Assembly: GCA_951406725.2 (NCBI GenBank)
Contig: OX597815.1
Coordinates: 114,824,001-114,888,000 of the forward strand
DNA from: Octopus vulgaris
Lineage: Eukaryota
Reading direction: 5' to 3'
DNA: 64,000 nucleotides
This document shows, in pieces, positions 26,900 through 40,152 of this stretch. Position numbers and translations under genes: made by a program. The notes beneath the pieces are model-generated. The model was not told the origin of the DNA. It saw only the letters and a program-made list of their open reading frames with translations, and made no database searches. Every line of letters starts with the position of its first letter. Position 1 is the stretch's first letter.

Positions 26900-28260
26900 C
26901 ACTTGCATGTGCAAGTTGTTTGCAAAACATCTTGATCAAGGTTCACCTAGGGATAAACAACAACCTCCCTTGTATTATATTCACTCACGTCTTTGATATA
27001 ACCAAAACTGCATCTAAAAGTTTAGGCGTTTCGTTCCTGGTTAGAAAATGACTTCAGTCCTGGTTGGTGATGTGCTCAAGCTGTGGAAATATGATTAATA
27101 CTTCTTCAAAAAGACCGATATTCCTTACCGCGCTATTGCTCACTCTTATAACATTCTGACAGTTGTAAGCAGCCAACTCCTTCCTGTTAAGCACCTTCAG
27201 TTTCTTTCCCTTTTCTTATACCATCAATATAGCATTCATAGAACCAGTTCTGCTAGAAATCAGCATTCCTGCATCATACACTCACACATCAGTGATTTTT
27301 CCATCTGTCAACTTCTGTGAAAGCCAAGCTTTTACCCCTGAAGTTAACACAAGAACCTCCTAATTGTATATGTCTCTGTCATGTCCCTTTGTATCAAAAG
27401 TTTCCTGTCTGACTACTCTTATGGCCAATGCACTGATGAGGCTCTTTGTTTCACATTCTGTTGACTTGGTATGCTTTAGTTCAGTTGTCTACTACACTTC
27501 TTTTTCATATTTCTAACAACAATTACTTTTATTGCATATAACACAAATTTTCGCACATGCAACAGAGACTTTTCCAAAACTTGTTACTGCTTTCATGAAT
27601 CTCATATTCATCATCAAATAAGGATATAACCAAGTCTCTTTCAGTATTACCAAAACACTGCATGTATCAATGAGACAATCCCTATGTATATATAATACAA
27701 CTGAAACCCTTGAAATTTCAGTGAGCTCTCAAAGCAAACATACAACTTTGATATAACCAAAATTGTATCCAAAAGGATAGGCATTTTCTTCAGAGATAGA
27801 AAATATCTTAAGTTCTGATCAGTTGCTGACCGATTACAAAGTTAAGTTCAGTCCATATTACAATACTGTTCATTCATATTTTAGGTATTTTTAATCCTAC
27901 ATTACATATTAAAAAAAAAGAATGCTTCTCTGACTGATCAGAAAAGATAAATTTGTCAACTTCCTCCAATTATTTGCTCACATAACACTCTTCTCTCTGA
28001 TTTTATCTACAAGGGAATTTATACATGGTTGCTCAGCCTGCTAGAATAGTAGCTAAGTCTAACTTAAATCACACCTTTTTTTAAGAATATAAGACAGATT
28101 TCTGGATTTATTATATCTAAAAAATAAGATTGAATGGTCATGGCTTAAAATCCCTTTGACCATAGGTCTCCTTCATCTGCACTTACCTAGGGATAAACAG
28201 CAACCTCTTCTCCACTCATCATCTCTATTGTTATCACTCACATCCCTGCCCAGTTGTGCA
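26900..28260 (+). mobile_element. Decayed Jockey/CR1-like LINE fragments
   Basis: DITKTASKSLG...RK-type block occurs twice (26992, 27747); acctagggataaaca at 26947 and 28184; related to 1-490. Confidence 0.5.
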
Positions 28261-28362
28261 CTAAATATTTTGTACTGTTTTTCATTCAAAAACTGCAGTC
28301 CTTTGCAATTCTTTTCCTTCAAGAGTTATCTTAGAGAAGTTCAAATTGAATATCATTTATAT

Positions 28363-28586
28363 CAGTGGGTTCAACGATTTTTTTTTTACCTGTGGACCCT
28401 CATAGGTATTCAGTGTTTAAAAAACCCTATTGTATTTTTAGAATTAAATATTATCAGGAATTGTATATAAAATAGTTAAAATATTTTGTGTATTGTAGAA
28501 GTATAACCAGTTTATTGCACATAAATTTTGACAACAAACTCTATGGACCCACCAAGGGTCATATGGACCTTTGTTGTGAACCACTG
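28363..28586. mobile_element. hAT-type MITE
   Basis: Termini cagtgggttcaac / gttgtgaaccactg; 8-bp TSD atttatat / atctatat (7/8). Confidence 0.75.
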
Positions 28587-31333
28587 ATCTATATCAACCT
28601 AACCAGTCTAAGAGGGCCTTTGAAAATTGTGATTACTGTTTCTTTACCCAACCCCACCAAAACAAACTATTCTTTTTAACTCTCATTCAGACCTGATTGT
28701 GCAGCCCTATGATCAAAGATGTTCTAATCATGAATAATATCACCTATTTACAGATATAGTATCCATTGTCTTTTACGCTAGGTGTGATTTGAAGGAGGTT
28801 TGGCTTCTATTTCTAACAAATCAAGTGGCAATGTAGAGACTCCCTCAGTGGCTTATTCAAAATAAAGTGTTTCTGTGGTATCAGAATGAAGAACAGATTT
28901 TTTTGCTATTTTTATTAGAAATGTGGTTAGTGATAGATTATCAACAATATTTTCTTTTGTTATATTTTATCTTTAATTAGTTTAACTATATATTTTTTCT
29001 ACATCAAATCTGTCTAACCCATTTGATACCAATCTACCTGAGACCATCTTGGTTTTATTATATAAACCAATCATGCTTTAGAGTAATCTAGATTAAAACT
29101 ATCAAAATTCTGTGTTAATTTAGTCAAAGACTTTATTTCAACTAAGGTATGGTAACAAAAGGTTTAAATGTGATTCGTTTAGGACTTCTTTTTGTCTTAT
29201 TTGTGTGAAAACTTTTTCTCTCATGTCTAACCCTCAAACTTTTTCATATCTAAACTTTATCATCATTAATCATGAGTAAATTCAATGCAAATAGTTTGAC
29301 ACATTTAGTGTGTTCCTTTAGCTATTGTAGCCTTTCAAGAAACTTTGAGTCCTAAGAACTGGAAAGAATCTAATTAAATTTAATTAAGATATGATGATCA
29401 TCATCATTGTGCTAAATGCTTAATTTTTTATGCTTGCATAGGTCAAACATAGCTCTCCACCTCATCTCCTACCTTCTGTACTGATTACATAACCCTCATT
29501 ACTCAGATTTCCTCACTCTTCACTAGGCCTATGTTCTAAAGGATAGCAATGGATTACCCTAATCCCCATTACCCATGCACACTAACTTTGCACTTTAGTG
29601 TTACCAGCCATTACTTTCCTTAGGGCTACCCATCATTTACCCTTACCTTAAGGCTTTTGAGTACTCTCTGTGCTTAAACTTTTGCTTGGTTTCTGGCCTT
29701 TCGGCTGTCATTGCTCTCTCTCTCTTTCTCCCTTCTTCTGTCAACATGTGTAAGTTTACTGAGTACTCTACATTCCATGTACAAAGCACAGTCCCTCCTT
29801 TGCTGGTGGCACAACAGCCACTCCTGCTTCCCATCTGTGCTCCCTTTACAGTGACTGATGACCAAAACAACTTCTGTAATGATGTCATAAAAATGCACTT
29901 AGTAAAGTGATTGGCAAATGAGTAGAGAAAGCATTGGGTTGTGAGGTTACATTAGCTATGTCTTGGTGCCATGAGAAAATGCACCCAGTCTGCTCTGTAA
30001 AGTAGTTGGTGATAAGAAGAACATCAGCTGTAAAAACCTAGCCAAATGACACAAGCACCAGTGAATAGGAGTGGAAGCTCTCAATGAGATATGACTTTAG
30101 TTATGACAACCTGTTCAACCCACACCAGCATGGAAAATAGATAGATGATGATTTTGTGAGGATAAGCTTTTAAATTTATAAATTCTGAAGTTGTAGAGGT
30201 GCAATGGTTATGGAATAGGGTTACTTTGAAGCCTTATACTGTCGGTATTTTTTCTTCTTTGAGTCATCATTATCTTAAGTAATAGAATAAATGCAGCTCA
30301 TTGGATCCATTCTTTTTCCATTGTTGATGTAAGTGAAAAAGTTGCAATTGGGAATAGATTTCAGACTCAGTTTAAGAAATTAGTGCTGTACCTCATTACT
30401 TTCTATATTTTACAGACATGTAAAAGCACACAAAAACATTTGGTAAAATATTTGCAATTTTATGAAACATTTTTTTTTGCAACAGAATACTCTTTATAAT
30501 TATATGTTTAGACTCAGCAACTCACAGTACACTATCCGCCTCTTCATCATCATTTTAATGTCTACTTTTCCATGGATCAGTCAGAATTTGTTGATGCTCC
30601 TATCACATACCCTTGTCTGTTTACAAGCAAGATGATATTTCCCTACAGCCAGATATATTTTTCATGGAAGATTGGAAATGAAAGATGTTTGTTTACAACC
30701 ACCATGTGTTGGCAAGGCAGGATACACCCCATCTTCACTCTCCTCATACATTTATGATAGAGTTCTTTCAGTTTCCACTCGCAAGGCTTTGGTCAGTCCA
30801 GAGCTGTAGTAAAAGATACTTGTCCAAGGTGCTGCCCAATGGAACTGAACCTGAAACCACATGGTTGGGAAGCAAGCTTCTGTTTTAAATAGCTAATTCT
30901 TAATTTCCATGTAAACCTTTTAATGAGACAATGAGAGTGGGCCTTATGTAGTTGCTTATTAGAAATAGCAATTGAAACTCTCAGATTACATCCTAACATC
31001 TTAAAAATGGGAAGGATACAATATTTGAATATACATGATGGGTTGTCCATGGTTGGAATATCTTTGATCATATGTCTGCACATTCATAACCGATTTGGGG
31101 TTCAGCTACAAAAACAACTTTACATCAGTTGTTTGTGGGATGGAGTTGGTGACAGAACAGTAGCTATGACCTTTGAAAGCTTTCTCAAACTATAGCTGGC
31201 ATTCAATTTGAGCTTGTCCTGCAAAATTTACAGAAACCTATACAGCCCAACTTAACTACATATTAAAATGTTAAATGTGTCATAGATATAGAATGTTTTA
31301 ACTACAACTGAAATGCCTTTGTTTTCTCTTTAG

Positions 31334-31542
31334 ATATGGCACCATTTTATGAAACCGTTTGTATTGCTCAGCTTGGTTTCAAACTTGATGAAAATCTTTT
31401 GAAGAAGATGAAAGAAACAAATGAAAAAGATTTGAAAGCTATAGATGTAAAAATTGAGGATGCTGAGAAAAATCTTGGTGAAACAGAAGTTCGGGATTTT
31501 ATGTTGGAAAAAGCTGAATATCTAAGCAGAATTGGAGACAAG
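31334..31542 (+). CDS. PSMD6: PSMD6 exon 2
   Basis: tttag|AT ATG: (N)MAPFYE...DAEKNLGETEVRD...EYLSRIGDK|gtgaat; 209 nt. Confidence 0.96.
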
Positions 31543-31953
31543 GTGAATAACATTTTTTTTTGGTCTTAAGAAAAGCAGTGTGGTCATGATATTTGCAGGT
31601 TCTCTGATACCTTTGAGATTGATATTAATATTCCTCTTGACAGCTGCAGGAAAAATATATATATATGTAAAGAATTCCAGAGAACCAGGAAGGCACTGGG
31701 GGAGTGGATGGAATATGGTTGCTGAGTGGAGAAGTGAGTGAGTCAGGAGTGTCTGAGTAGAAGTTGCATGAGTCCAGCCAGTTCTGTGGAAAAAAGGAGA
31801 AAACACCATATCTTTTCAGTGCCTTGGAAGAGATGATATATTCTTTAGGCTGTGCCTATCTGGATTTAAGTATAGTTATATTCCTGCCGTCTTGTACTTG
31901 TTCATTATCTGGATATAATGTTTATATAATTACACTTTTTTTGTCTTTTTCAG

Positions 31954-32099
31954 GAAGGAGCTCTGACTCAATTCCAGAAGACAAGTGATAAGACTGTAAC
32001 ACTTGGATATCGTTTAGATTTGGTGTTTCATCTCATCAGAATTGGTCTCTTTTATATGGATCATGAACTGATCACTCGGTATCTAGAAAAGGCACAGAC
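31954..32099 (+). CDS. PSMD6: PSMD6 exon 3
   Basis: ttcag|[48 protein letters not shown]|gtaagt; 146 nt. Confidence 0.96.
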
Positions 32100-32191
32100 G
32101 TAAGTTTGTAATATATCTGAATTATTGGTTGTAGAAATATTATTTCTCTTTATCAACTGTTAAGTAAAATATTGATGTTTTAGGATTAGTT

Positions 32192-32735
32192 TACCATAAA
32201 TCCTCGAGTATAGTCCGTCTTTGAGTATAATATGCAGGGGATTTTTAGGGGCTGTACCTCTGAAAAAAACCTAAACCTTGTGTATAATATGCACCCCTTC
32301 TCTAACTTGAGTCAAAGAGGTCTATATAACGTGCATGGTTTGTAAAAAATGTATACGGTAACGTCCTTTATTATTGTTGTAAACGTGTAGCTTTTCAAAT
32401 TTTCTTCCAGCGGCCCTATTACCTATTACCTGTATTAATGTACAGGTTTAAGTCCTGCTTGTAAAAAAGCCCTAGTAAAGACCCACAAAAGTTCAAATAT
32501 CTAATACTGGTATTTAATTAAGTATCTATTGTTTGCTACAGTAATGATGCTTAAGGTATTTTTGCACCCGACATCACAAAATGCGTCTGAATAAACATTG
32601 CTGGACAGCAAATAGAGATTCGGACATTGCTTAGAAAATATTTTTCATTTTTAACCTCATATATAATACGCACTCGGAATTTTGACCTTTAAATTTTGGG
32701 AAAAAAATGCAGATTATACTCGAGGATTTACGGTA
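32192..32735. mobile_element. Tc1/mariner-pogo-type MITE in PSMD6 intron 3
   Basis: TIRs taccataaatcctcgagtata / tatactcgaggatttacggta with TA ends; subterminal tataatatgca repeats. Confidence 0.88.
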
Positions 32736-32805
32736 TATAACATCAGTTTTGTATTTTTTAATTATTTTCCTTCTATATAATGTTACCATTTTTGTCCCTT
32801 TGCAG

Positions 32806-33025
32806 ATTAATTGATGAAGGTGGTGATTGGGATCGACGTAATCGTTTAAAAGTCTACCGTGGGGTCTACTGTATGTCAATACGAGACTTTAAAAAGGCTG
32901 CTTCCCTTTTCTTGGATACTGTGGCAACCTTTACTTCATATGAACTCATGGATTATCAAACTTTTGTCACCTATACTGTATTCTGTTGTACTATTGCACT
33001 TGAACGACCTAAACTCAGGGAACAG
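32806..33025 (+). CDS. PSMD6: PSMD6 exon 4
   Basis: tgcag|[17 protein letters not shown]...TFTSYELM...LERPKLREQ|gtaagt; 220 nt; hallmark [13 protein letters not shown] motif. Confidence 0.97.
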
Positions 33026-34199
33026 GTAAGTTTTCTGGTTTTGGTCAGGTATCATAGTTTGGTTTTCTGATAACTTTGCTTTTCAGCAATAGAAACTACT
33101 AAAACAGTTCATTTTGTTTCTCTTCATAAATTTCCATAAATAAGGCATAGGTGCAAGTATGGCTATGTGGTTAAGAAGTTCACCTTGCAAATATGTAGTT
33201 TCAGATTCACTGTATAGCATCTTGGGCAAGTATCTTCTACAATGGACTTGGGTTGACCAATACCTTGTGAGTGAAATGTAATAGATGAAAGTCTTTTCAT
33301 GTCTTTGCATTGACACCGCTTGGTTAGGGCTTATGTCCTCTATAAACAAAGCATTCTATTCAGGAGTTTGCCATGTATTGGTCATCTGAATAAATTACCT
33401 CCCTTGAAAAATTAAGGGAGAGCGGGAGAGCATGCAGCTATAGAATGCTGTCACAAGAAGTCTCATCCAACTTATGCCAGCATGGAAAAAGATAACACAA
33501 CGACATTATATATTTTGACCCCAATGATTTTTTCTTAAGTAAGCTTTATTCTTTAAATATAGAACTATTTATTTGCTAAAACTTTCTTAGTCTCATTTTG
33601 ATTCAGCTACACAATGGAACTTATGCGTAATAACATTACTGTTGTATTCTATCGTTACTTTTAAGATTTTATGCAGCAGTCGTCCCTTGGTATTTATCCT
33701 TTCTCCCAGTCATGTTTTTAAGTTACATCGCCACTAGGTGTCCATTCACAAAAATCCTATATTCTTTTCTGGTCATCTAAAACCTACAGCAGTAGTTATA
33801 CTCAGCTCTGCAGACAAGGTCTAATAACATGTCCTAAGTTATCAGTGCTGCTAAAGAAGACTTACTCTTCATGGATTTCTGTATTTATTTAAAATTTCAG
33901 AGTTGTCTCCCTTATCTTTTTTTTTTTTTTTTGACCAGAATTAAATCTTGCACAGACTGCTTGTTTTCATCACTAATATTGTAATTCTAATTTAATTAAA
34001 ATTTCTTGACTTACTTACATCACGTGTGTGTCAGCACTCACTTTTCTATTGTAAATATCTTTTATCTTTTACTTGTTTCAGTAAGTGGACTGCAGCCATT
34101 CTGGGGTACTGCCTTGAAAGGTTTGAGCAAATTAACCCTAGTACTTATTTTTTAAGTCAGGTACTTATTGTATCAGTCTTTTTGGCTAATGTAGTAAGT

Positions 34200-35560
34200 T
34201 ACAAGGGTTGGCTGAAAAGTTCATAAGCTGACCAAAACACTCTCATGGAATGTGATCTAATGAGATTAATTTTAAACAACGGCAGATATGACAGCTTCAT
34301 CACTGTGATACTGGTTCCCAGTCAAGTGTTTTTTTTCATGTTGGGGAACAGATGATAATTAGATGAGGCTAGATCTGAAGAATAGTAAGGGTCATTATTC
34401 AGTTCAAGGCCACAGTCACACAGCAGCCATTGAAACCAAGGATTTGTGTGCTAGAACATTATCCTGATGAAACAAGACCCCTTTTGTCAGTTTTCTTGAG
34501 TATTTGGTCTTGATAGCGTTTTTTAACTGCCTCCGCAAGTTAGTATAATACTCTCCATTGATGATATGGCTTTTTTTGAAGATAATTAATAAACACAATG
34601 CTTTTGCATCCAAAAAAACTGGGGCCATCACCTTCCCAACAGATGAATTGACCTTGGCCTTTGGAGCAGGTGAGGAGGGGTTTTTCCACTACATGAATTG
34701 TCTTTCTGTCTCTGACTCAAAGTGATGAAGCCAACACTCATCCTGGGTTAGGAAACATTCAAGGAAACTAGCTGGATCTGCTTCAAACAACGTCAGATTT
34801 TCCTGTGATAACCAGCCATGGGCACTTTTGATCAGGTGTCAGATGTGGCACCCACAAAGGAGAAACCTTTGTCTTGCCAAGTTCATTGTGTAGAATATTC
34901 TCAACTCGTGGGATATGCTAATAGCATTGGCTATTTGATTTAAAGTTGACTTTTGAACATTGGACACGAGACCAAGACCTTTGGAGATATACTGTGACTG
35001 AGAAGACCTGGCAACTAAAGTGAGATCACGGCCATGGCTGATACCAGTGTTGCATGTCCAGCCCATTTAGAGTACCCCTGATGTGTCGGGTGATATGATA
35101 TGCTTGAGAAGGCTTGTTGAGTCAAGTAAAACCAATATCGTAGCTGTGGCCAGTGCCCCCTGACTGGCTCTCATTCTGGTAGCACATAAAAAGCACCATC
35201 CGAATGTGGTCAATGCCAGTGTCTCCTGACTGACTCCTGTGCTGGTGGCATGTAAAAAGCACTATCCAAACGTGATCAATGCCAGGACCACCTGACTGGT
35301 CCCCGTGCTAGTGGCACGTTAAAAGCACTATCCGAATGTCATTGATACCAGGCTCACCTGAGCGGCTCCCATGCTGGTGGCATGTAAAAAGCACCCACTA
35401 CACTTCTCGGAGTGGTTGGCGTTAGGAAGGGCATCCAGCTGTAGGAACATTGCCTGATACAGCCGCTGACTCTCCAGACCTCAGTCAAACCGTCCAACCC
35501 ATGCCAGCATGGAAAACAGGCGTTAAATGACGATGATGTCTGTCATCCATCACCTGGTGG
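34200..35560 (-). mobile_element. Mariner transposase relic interrupted by an RTE-tail retroposon (34960-35538)
   Basis: TIR tacaagggttggctgaaaagttc; remnants of the D,D,D triad TQDECW, FHQDN and YSSDLASSNY; HTH segment NQIANAISISHE continues as VMDDR beyond the insert. Confidence 0.88.
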
Positions 35561-36293
35561 TGAACACAAGATAGATTTCAATAATTCATGTAAATGTCTA
35601 ATTTTCAGAACTTTCCAATTTCTGTCTTCTTGGAAAATATTAAAACTCAAAGTATAAAGTCACTGATATAATTTACATTTCTTCTGCAGATGTTATTATA
35701 GATAGCTTTTATTCATTGGTGAAAAATATCGTTTCTGTTTTCATCATATTAAAGTTGACATAGTTGCTGCTTTAATAGTTTATTCTATAGTCTTAACTAC
35801 TTATGTAATAAACTTCTAAATAATTATTTCAAATTAGGATTGTTTTCTGCTCATTGCATTTGTTAGCACTTTTTTTTTCATGTAGATGACTTTTCAGAGA
35901 AATTAATCTTGATCTACTTTTGTTTAATAAGCAAAGTTTTCACCCACTGTTGCATAGTATAAAGCATCTACTTAGTGATTGTCTCATTGCTACATTAGCA
36001 TGTAAAATGAAGTTTATGCTTTGCTAAGGAAATCTAATGAGATTGAATATATATATTTGAAATTGTCCCCCTTGCCAAAATGAATAAAATAATATTAGTC
36101 ATTAGTTAATTTCTTTTCATCCTTTAATTATTTTTAATTAGATTTTTTAATGTTCACTGCATTAAATATGTTAATGTTAAATAAATTCTGAATATCTATT
36201 GAGTTTCTATTGAACATTAATTGATATTATGTGATAATCAATTATCACTATTTTTTAATGAAATATAACAAGTTTTGATTTTTTTTCTTACAG

Positions 36294-36402
36294 GTTATCA
36301 AAGGATCTGAAATTTTAGAAGTTTTACACAGCTTACCCAATGTCAAGTCCTTTTTATTTTCATTGTATGACTGCCAGTATGCTTCTTTCTTTAGGATTCT
36401 TG
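36294..36402 (+). CDS. PSMD6: PSMD6 exon 5
   Basis: tacag|[36 protein letters not shown]|gtacgg; 109 nt. Confidence 0.95.
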
Positions 36403-37811
36403 GTACGGTATTTTTTTGAAACATTTTAATGCTGTTTATTGAAAGTTTTTAATATTTAGTTTGTGCCCATGACTTTTGTTGGCCTCCTAAGTGGCTTTTC
36501 GATTTGAACTTCTGTTGTGTGATGCCTGAGAGAAAAATGTGGGCTGAGAGAGAATTCAAGAGAAACATCAGTTTTGAGCAGGAAAGAATGGAACAATGTA
36601 TTTGGAATGAGATTTGGGGATAAGGCAACTTGAGGAATAGTGGAGGAAAGTACATTGGATGGGTTTAAGCTGAGTTGGAATGCTGGAAGCTGTTTTAGTT
36701 GCAGGGGTTGTGTATTTGATGAGTGAAAGAGTTAATTGGCAAATGGAACTTCTTTTTAAATGTGGTTCTGAATATTTGCATGTCTATCAGGTACATCATT
36801 CCATAAATTTGAGCAGTACTCTAATGACTGTTGCACTTATGATTTGTAGTAGGTCAGCAATTAATCAAAAGAAACCCTAATCTTTGTGATGCAGTTTTAT
36901 GAGAGGTTAGTGTAGTGAGTGAAAAACAAGGGTGGGGGTGCTGATGAAGGGGGATACCAGTATGCAGAGGGGTGAGGTGGGAGATTTAAGAGTGGATCAC
37001 GAAGGAGGATAAAAGTAGTAGAATGATGTGAAAGGTGTAGGAGGTCTGTAGAGGGATACATAAAAGCTGTTAGGGATACATAAGAAGCTCTAGTTATGAT
37101 GGATGATATTGAAGGGTATTGAGAATGGCAGCAGTTAAGAGGTGTTGAGAATAGAGTATAGCTAAGGGGAAAAATGGAAATGATTGGTTGGAATGGTGTG
37201 GATGGGATGATGAGGAATGGAAGTAGTTCAGGTGGCAGGAGGACACTGTTTTGGAGGGTATAGGCTGTAATGTGTGTTTGCAGGTGAGTACAGCAGCTGC
37301 ATAGTAACATAGATAGGTAGGAAGGAATGCTTGACATATTAGGGAAAGAGGCTGGTGGACGGGGTAGGGGTAGGGGATACGACTTTGCACGAACAAGCAT
37401 TGCCTATTTATGAAATGTCCAAATTTTCAGCATTTTGTGAAGTATAATGACATCAGTAATTTAGCTAATGAATATCAGCATTCAGTTTAGTGTCTTTTAT
37501 TCATGTATATATTTTTTTTCTGAGCTAGCATGGGCTGAATGGATCTGTTATGCAGCATATTGTCGCTTGTTAAGATCCTTTCTTCTGTTAGATTTAGAAT
37601 CCTGACATTTGATCTCACCACTTCATCTCTTCTGTTGCAAATCCCTTCTGTGACTGCATATAACTCGTCATCATTCATCATCTTACATCCATGTTTCATG
37701 CTGGCATTGGTTATTTGCTTATGTTTTTATAGCTTTATGTTCTGTCCACATCTGCAGGACCAGTCGGATTTTAGTTTCTTTGGGAATGAACTATATATAT
37801 ATATATATATA

Positions 37812-38241
37812 TCTCTCTATATAAACGGCAGTTTGTCTGTTTGTGTGTCTGTCAGGTTGTACCCTCACCCTGACCACGGCTTTCAACCGATTCTGATGAA
37901 ACTTGACACACACATAGCCCAATGTCATAATTCAAAACTAACGCAGCGAAAATTTTGAAAAGTTCCCCCAGTTCTGAAAAAAATCGATAAATTCGACATG
38001 GGGTCGAGAATCTAAGCTTTTTATATGCGACACATTTTCTGTCTAGGGGACACGATTCGACCTTTTTATCGCCCAAAGGGACAGCTAGGAACATCGTATA
38101 CACAGAAGTATTCAAGTGAAGAGAAGACATTGCAACCTACACATGAACCTTCGTTCCCTAGAGGGAAAGGACTAGATTGGGATTAGTCGTTGCCTACTTG
38201 GGGCTCTTACATACCCGGGTAACGCCGGGCTATGCTGCTAG
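37812..38241 (+). mobile_element. Non-autonomous Helitron in PSMD6 intron 5
   Basis: 5' TC terminus, 3' hairpin cccgggtaacgccggg a few nt before CTAG, inserted between A and T in (AT)n, no TIR or TSD. Confidence 0.88.
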
Positions 38242-38356
38242 TATATATATATATATATATATATATCATCATCGTTTAGCGTCCGTTTTTATATATATAA
38301 TAATGCTATATCACTACCTATTGAAGTTTTATAAATGTATTTTGTATTATTTGCAG

Positions 38357-38525
38357 CTTGGGTAGAAGAGACAATGCAATATGATCGATTGCTGTCTCCA
38401 CATTATCGCTATTATATTCGAGAAATGAGGATTGTTGCTTACTCTCAACTCCTTGAGTCTTACCGCAGCTTGACTCTTGCTTACATGGCTGAGACATTTG
38501 GTGTCACTGTTGAGTTTATAGATCA
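38357..38525 (+). CDS. PSMD6: PSMD6 exon 6 (PCI domain)
   Basis: tgcag|[55 protein letters not shown]|gtaagt; 169 nt. Confidence 0.97.
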
Positions 38526-38889
38526 GTAAGTTTGTTTCCTATATTTTGTCTGTAGCATGTATTGATTGCTTTAACTGAAATATATTGCATAACAAATGTC
38601 TTAGAAAGCTAAATTGATGGATGAATGTATGAAACTGAAAAAAAGAATTTCATATATCTTGTACTTTTATCCTCTAATTTTTTTACTTCAACTGAGGAAA
38701 GTATGTTTGAAAATAACATAAAGAAAATGATCTCTCAAAGCCAGAGTGTTCATATTTAAATAAATGTAATGTGCAAGCAAATTGTGTCCATAATTTCAAC
38801 TATGGTTGGTCACATGTTTCAGTGCTCTGTAACTATAATAACTAATAGAAAAAGTCTGTTTAAATATTTCATATTTTTATCTTTTGTAG

Positions 38890-38995
38890 GGAACTCTCTC
38901 GATTTATTGCTGCTGGTCGACTTCATTGCAAAATTGACAAGGTTGGAGGAATTGTAGAAACTAACAGGCCTGATAGTAAAAATTGGCAGTATCAG
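38890..38995 (+). CDS. PSMD6: PSMD6 exon 7
   Basis: tgtag|[35 protein letters not shown]|gttagt; 106 nt. Confidence 0.96.
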
Positions 38996-39129
38996 GTTAG
39001 TTTTGCTTTAGAAATCTTGTTAATTAAAAAACAAAAAGGATGTTTATGTACTCGAGATCACATATCTATGTTGCAATGGTTATTATAACTTAACATTTTG
39101 AAGACAGTCTGTTATAGTTATAGACAAAA

Positions 39130-39745
39130 TGATTTACTTATTTCAACAATAACAAAACACATAGTTACACATACCAAGGAAAGGGTTTTGTACCATGCCC
39201 TCTCCTACCAACACTCAAGAAAACCTTCAAAGTTGCTACAAATGTTTGGTGACCTTACATATGAAGCCATCAAAACTGCATTTTAAAGTTTGGGCTTCTC
39301 TTCCAGGACTGTAAAGTACTTCGTTTTGATTAATTGCTAACCTTCCACAAAGACCCACATTTCTTTTAGAGTACAGTTCTCATGTCAGGAATGATACTAC
39401 TGCTACACACATGATGCGCAAGCATTCTAGACTGCATCCTAAAGAAGCTCATTTAGCAGATTGGCAATGCTTCACTTACCAACATGATTACATTGACTCA
39501 CTGTTTCTTCTGAATTGACTTTTCCACTGCTACTACAAGAGTTTCCACATTCTGAATGAACAAGCTATATGTTGCCTTCACATAGTCCATCTGATTCTCT
39601 TCTTCATGTCATCTTTATTGTCTGACCTCTCAAACCTTTATTTTTCTGTAAATCCCTCCTTGTTTATGTTTCTAGATTTCTTGAAGATGTTAATCTGTAC
39701 AGGTTGAAATTGAATATTAACTGCATTAATCTAATCCATCTTGAA
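39130..39745 (+). mobile_element. Decayed Jockey/CR1-like LINE 3' part
   Basis: Degenerate similarity to 1-490 (gtacagttctcatgtcaggaatgatactactgctacacac). Confidence 0.5.
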
Positions 39746-39818
39746 GGGCTTGCAAAAGTCATGAGTGTTCTGCTGCCTCATCTGACTAACTGCTATAGAA
39801 ATGTTTTATACAATTGTT

Positions 39819-40152
39819 ATATTTGGGGATGGTCATTGTTTGCTGATTAAACACACATACTATTTATTTGATTGTTAGTTTAGCTTTATTACTATTAGTT
39901 TATTTGTCAGAGTTCTTTCGTCACCATACTGTGACCTCATCAGCGACTTTCAGTTCCTCATGTCTACTTGTGTCCTGCCTATTCCAAATATGGAATAGGC
40001 AGGACAAGAGTAGACATGTGGAACTGAAAGTCACTGTGTGGTGACGAAAGAGCTTTGACAAATAAACTAAAAATAATAATAATAACGCTAAAATGAAGAT
40101 CAAATCAATAGTGTGTGTATTTAGTCAGTTAAAGATGACCATCCCCAAGTAT
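39819..40152. repeat. Long palindrome; probable inverted pair of Penelope-like pseudo-LTRs
   Basis: ~165-bp arms around a 4-nt loop at 39986-39989 (cctgcctattcca-aata-tggaataggcagg); ends ttggggatggtcat / atgaccatccccaa. Confidence 0.8.
39906..39947 (-). ncRNA. Minimal type I hammerhead ribozyme motif
   Basis: Reverse strand: GTCG-CTGATGA-G-GTCAC agtatg GTGAC-GAAA-GAAC-TC-TGAC: canonical core, 5-bp stem II, 4-bp stem I, minimal stem III. Confidence 0.65.

Noticed and set aside
36897-37400. 167-aa minus-strand ORF in PSMD6 intron 5
   Set aside because: Low-complexity purine/pyrimidine-skewed tract similar to RTE-associated UTR sequence; no domain-like content.
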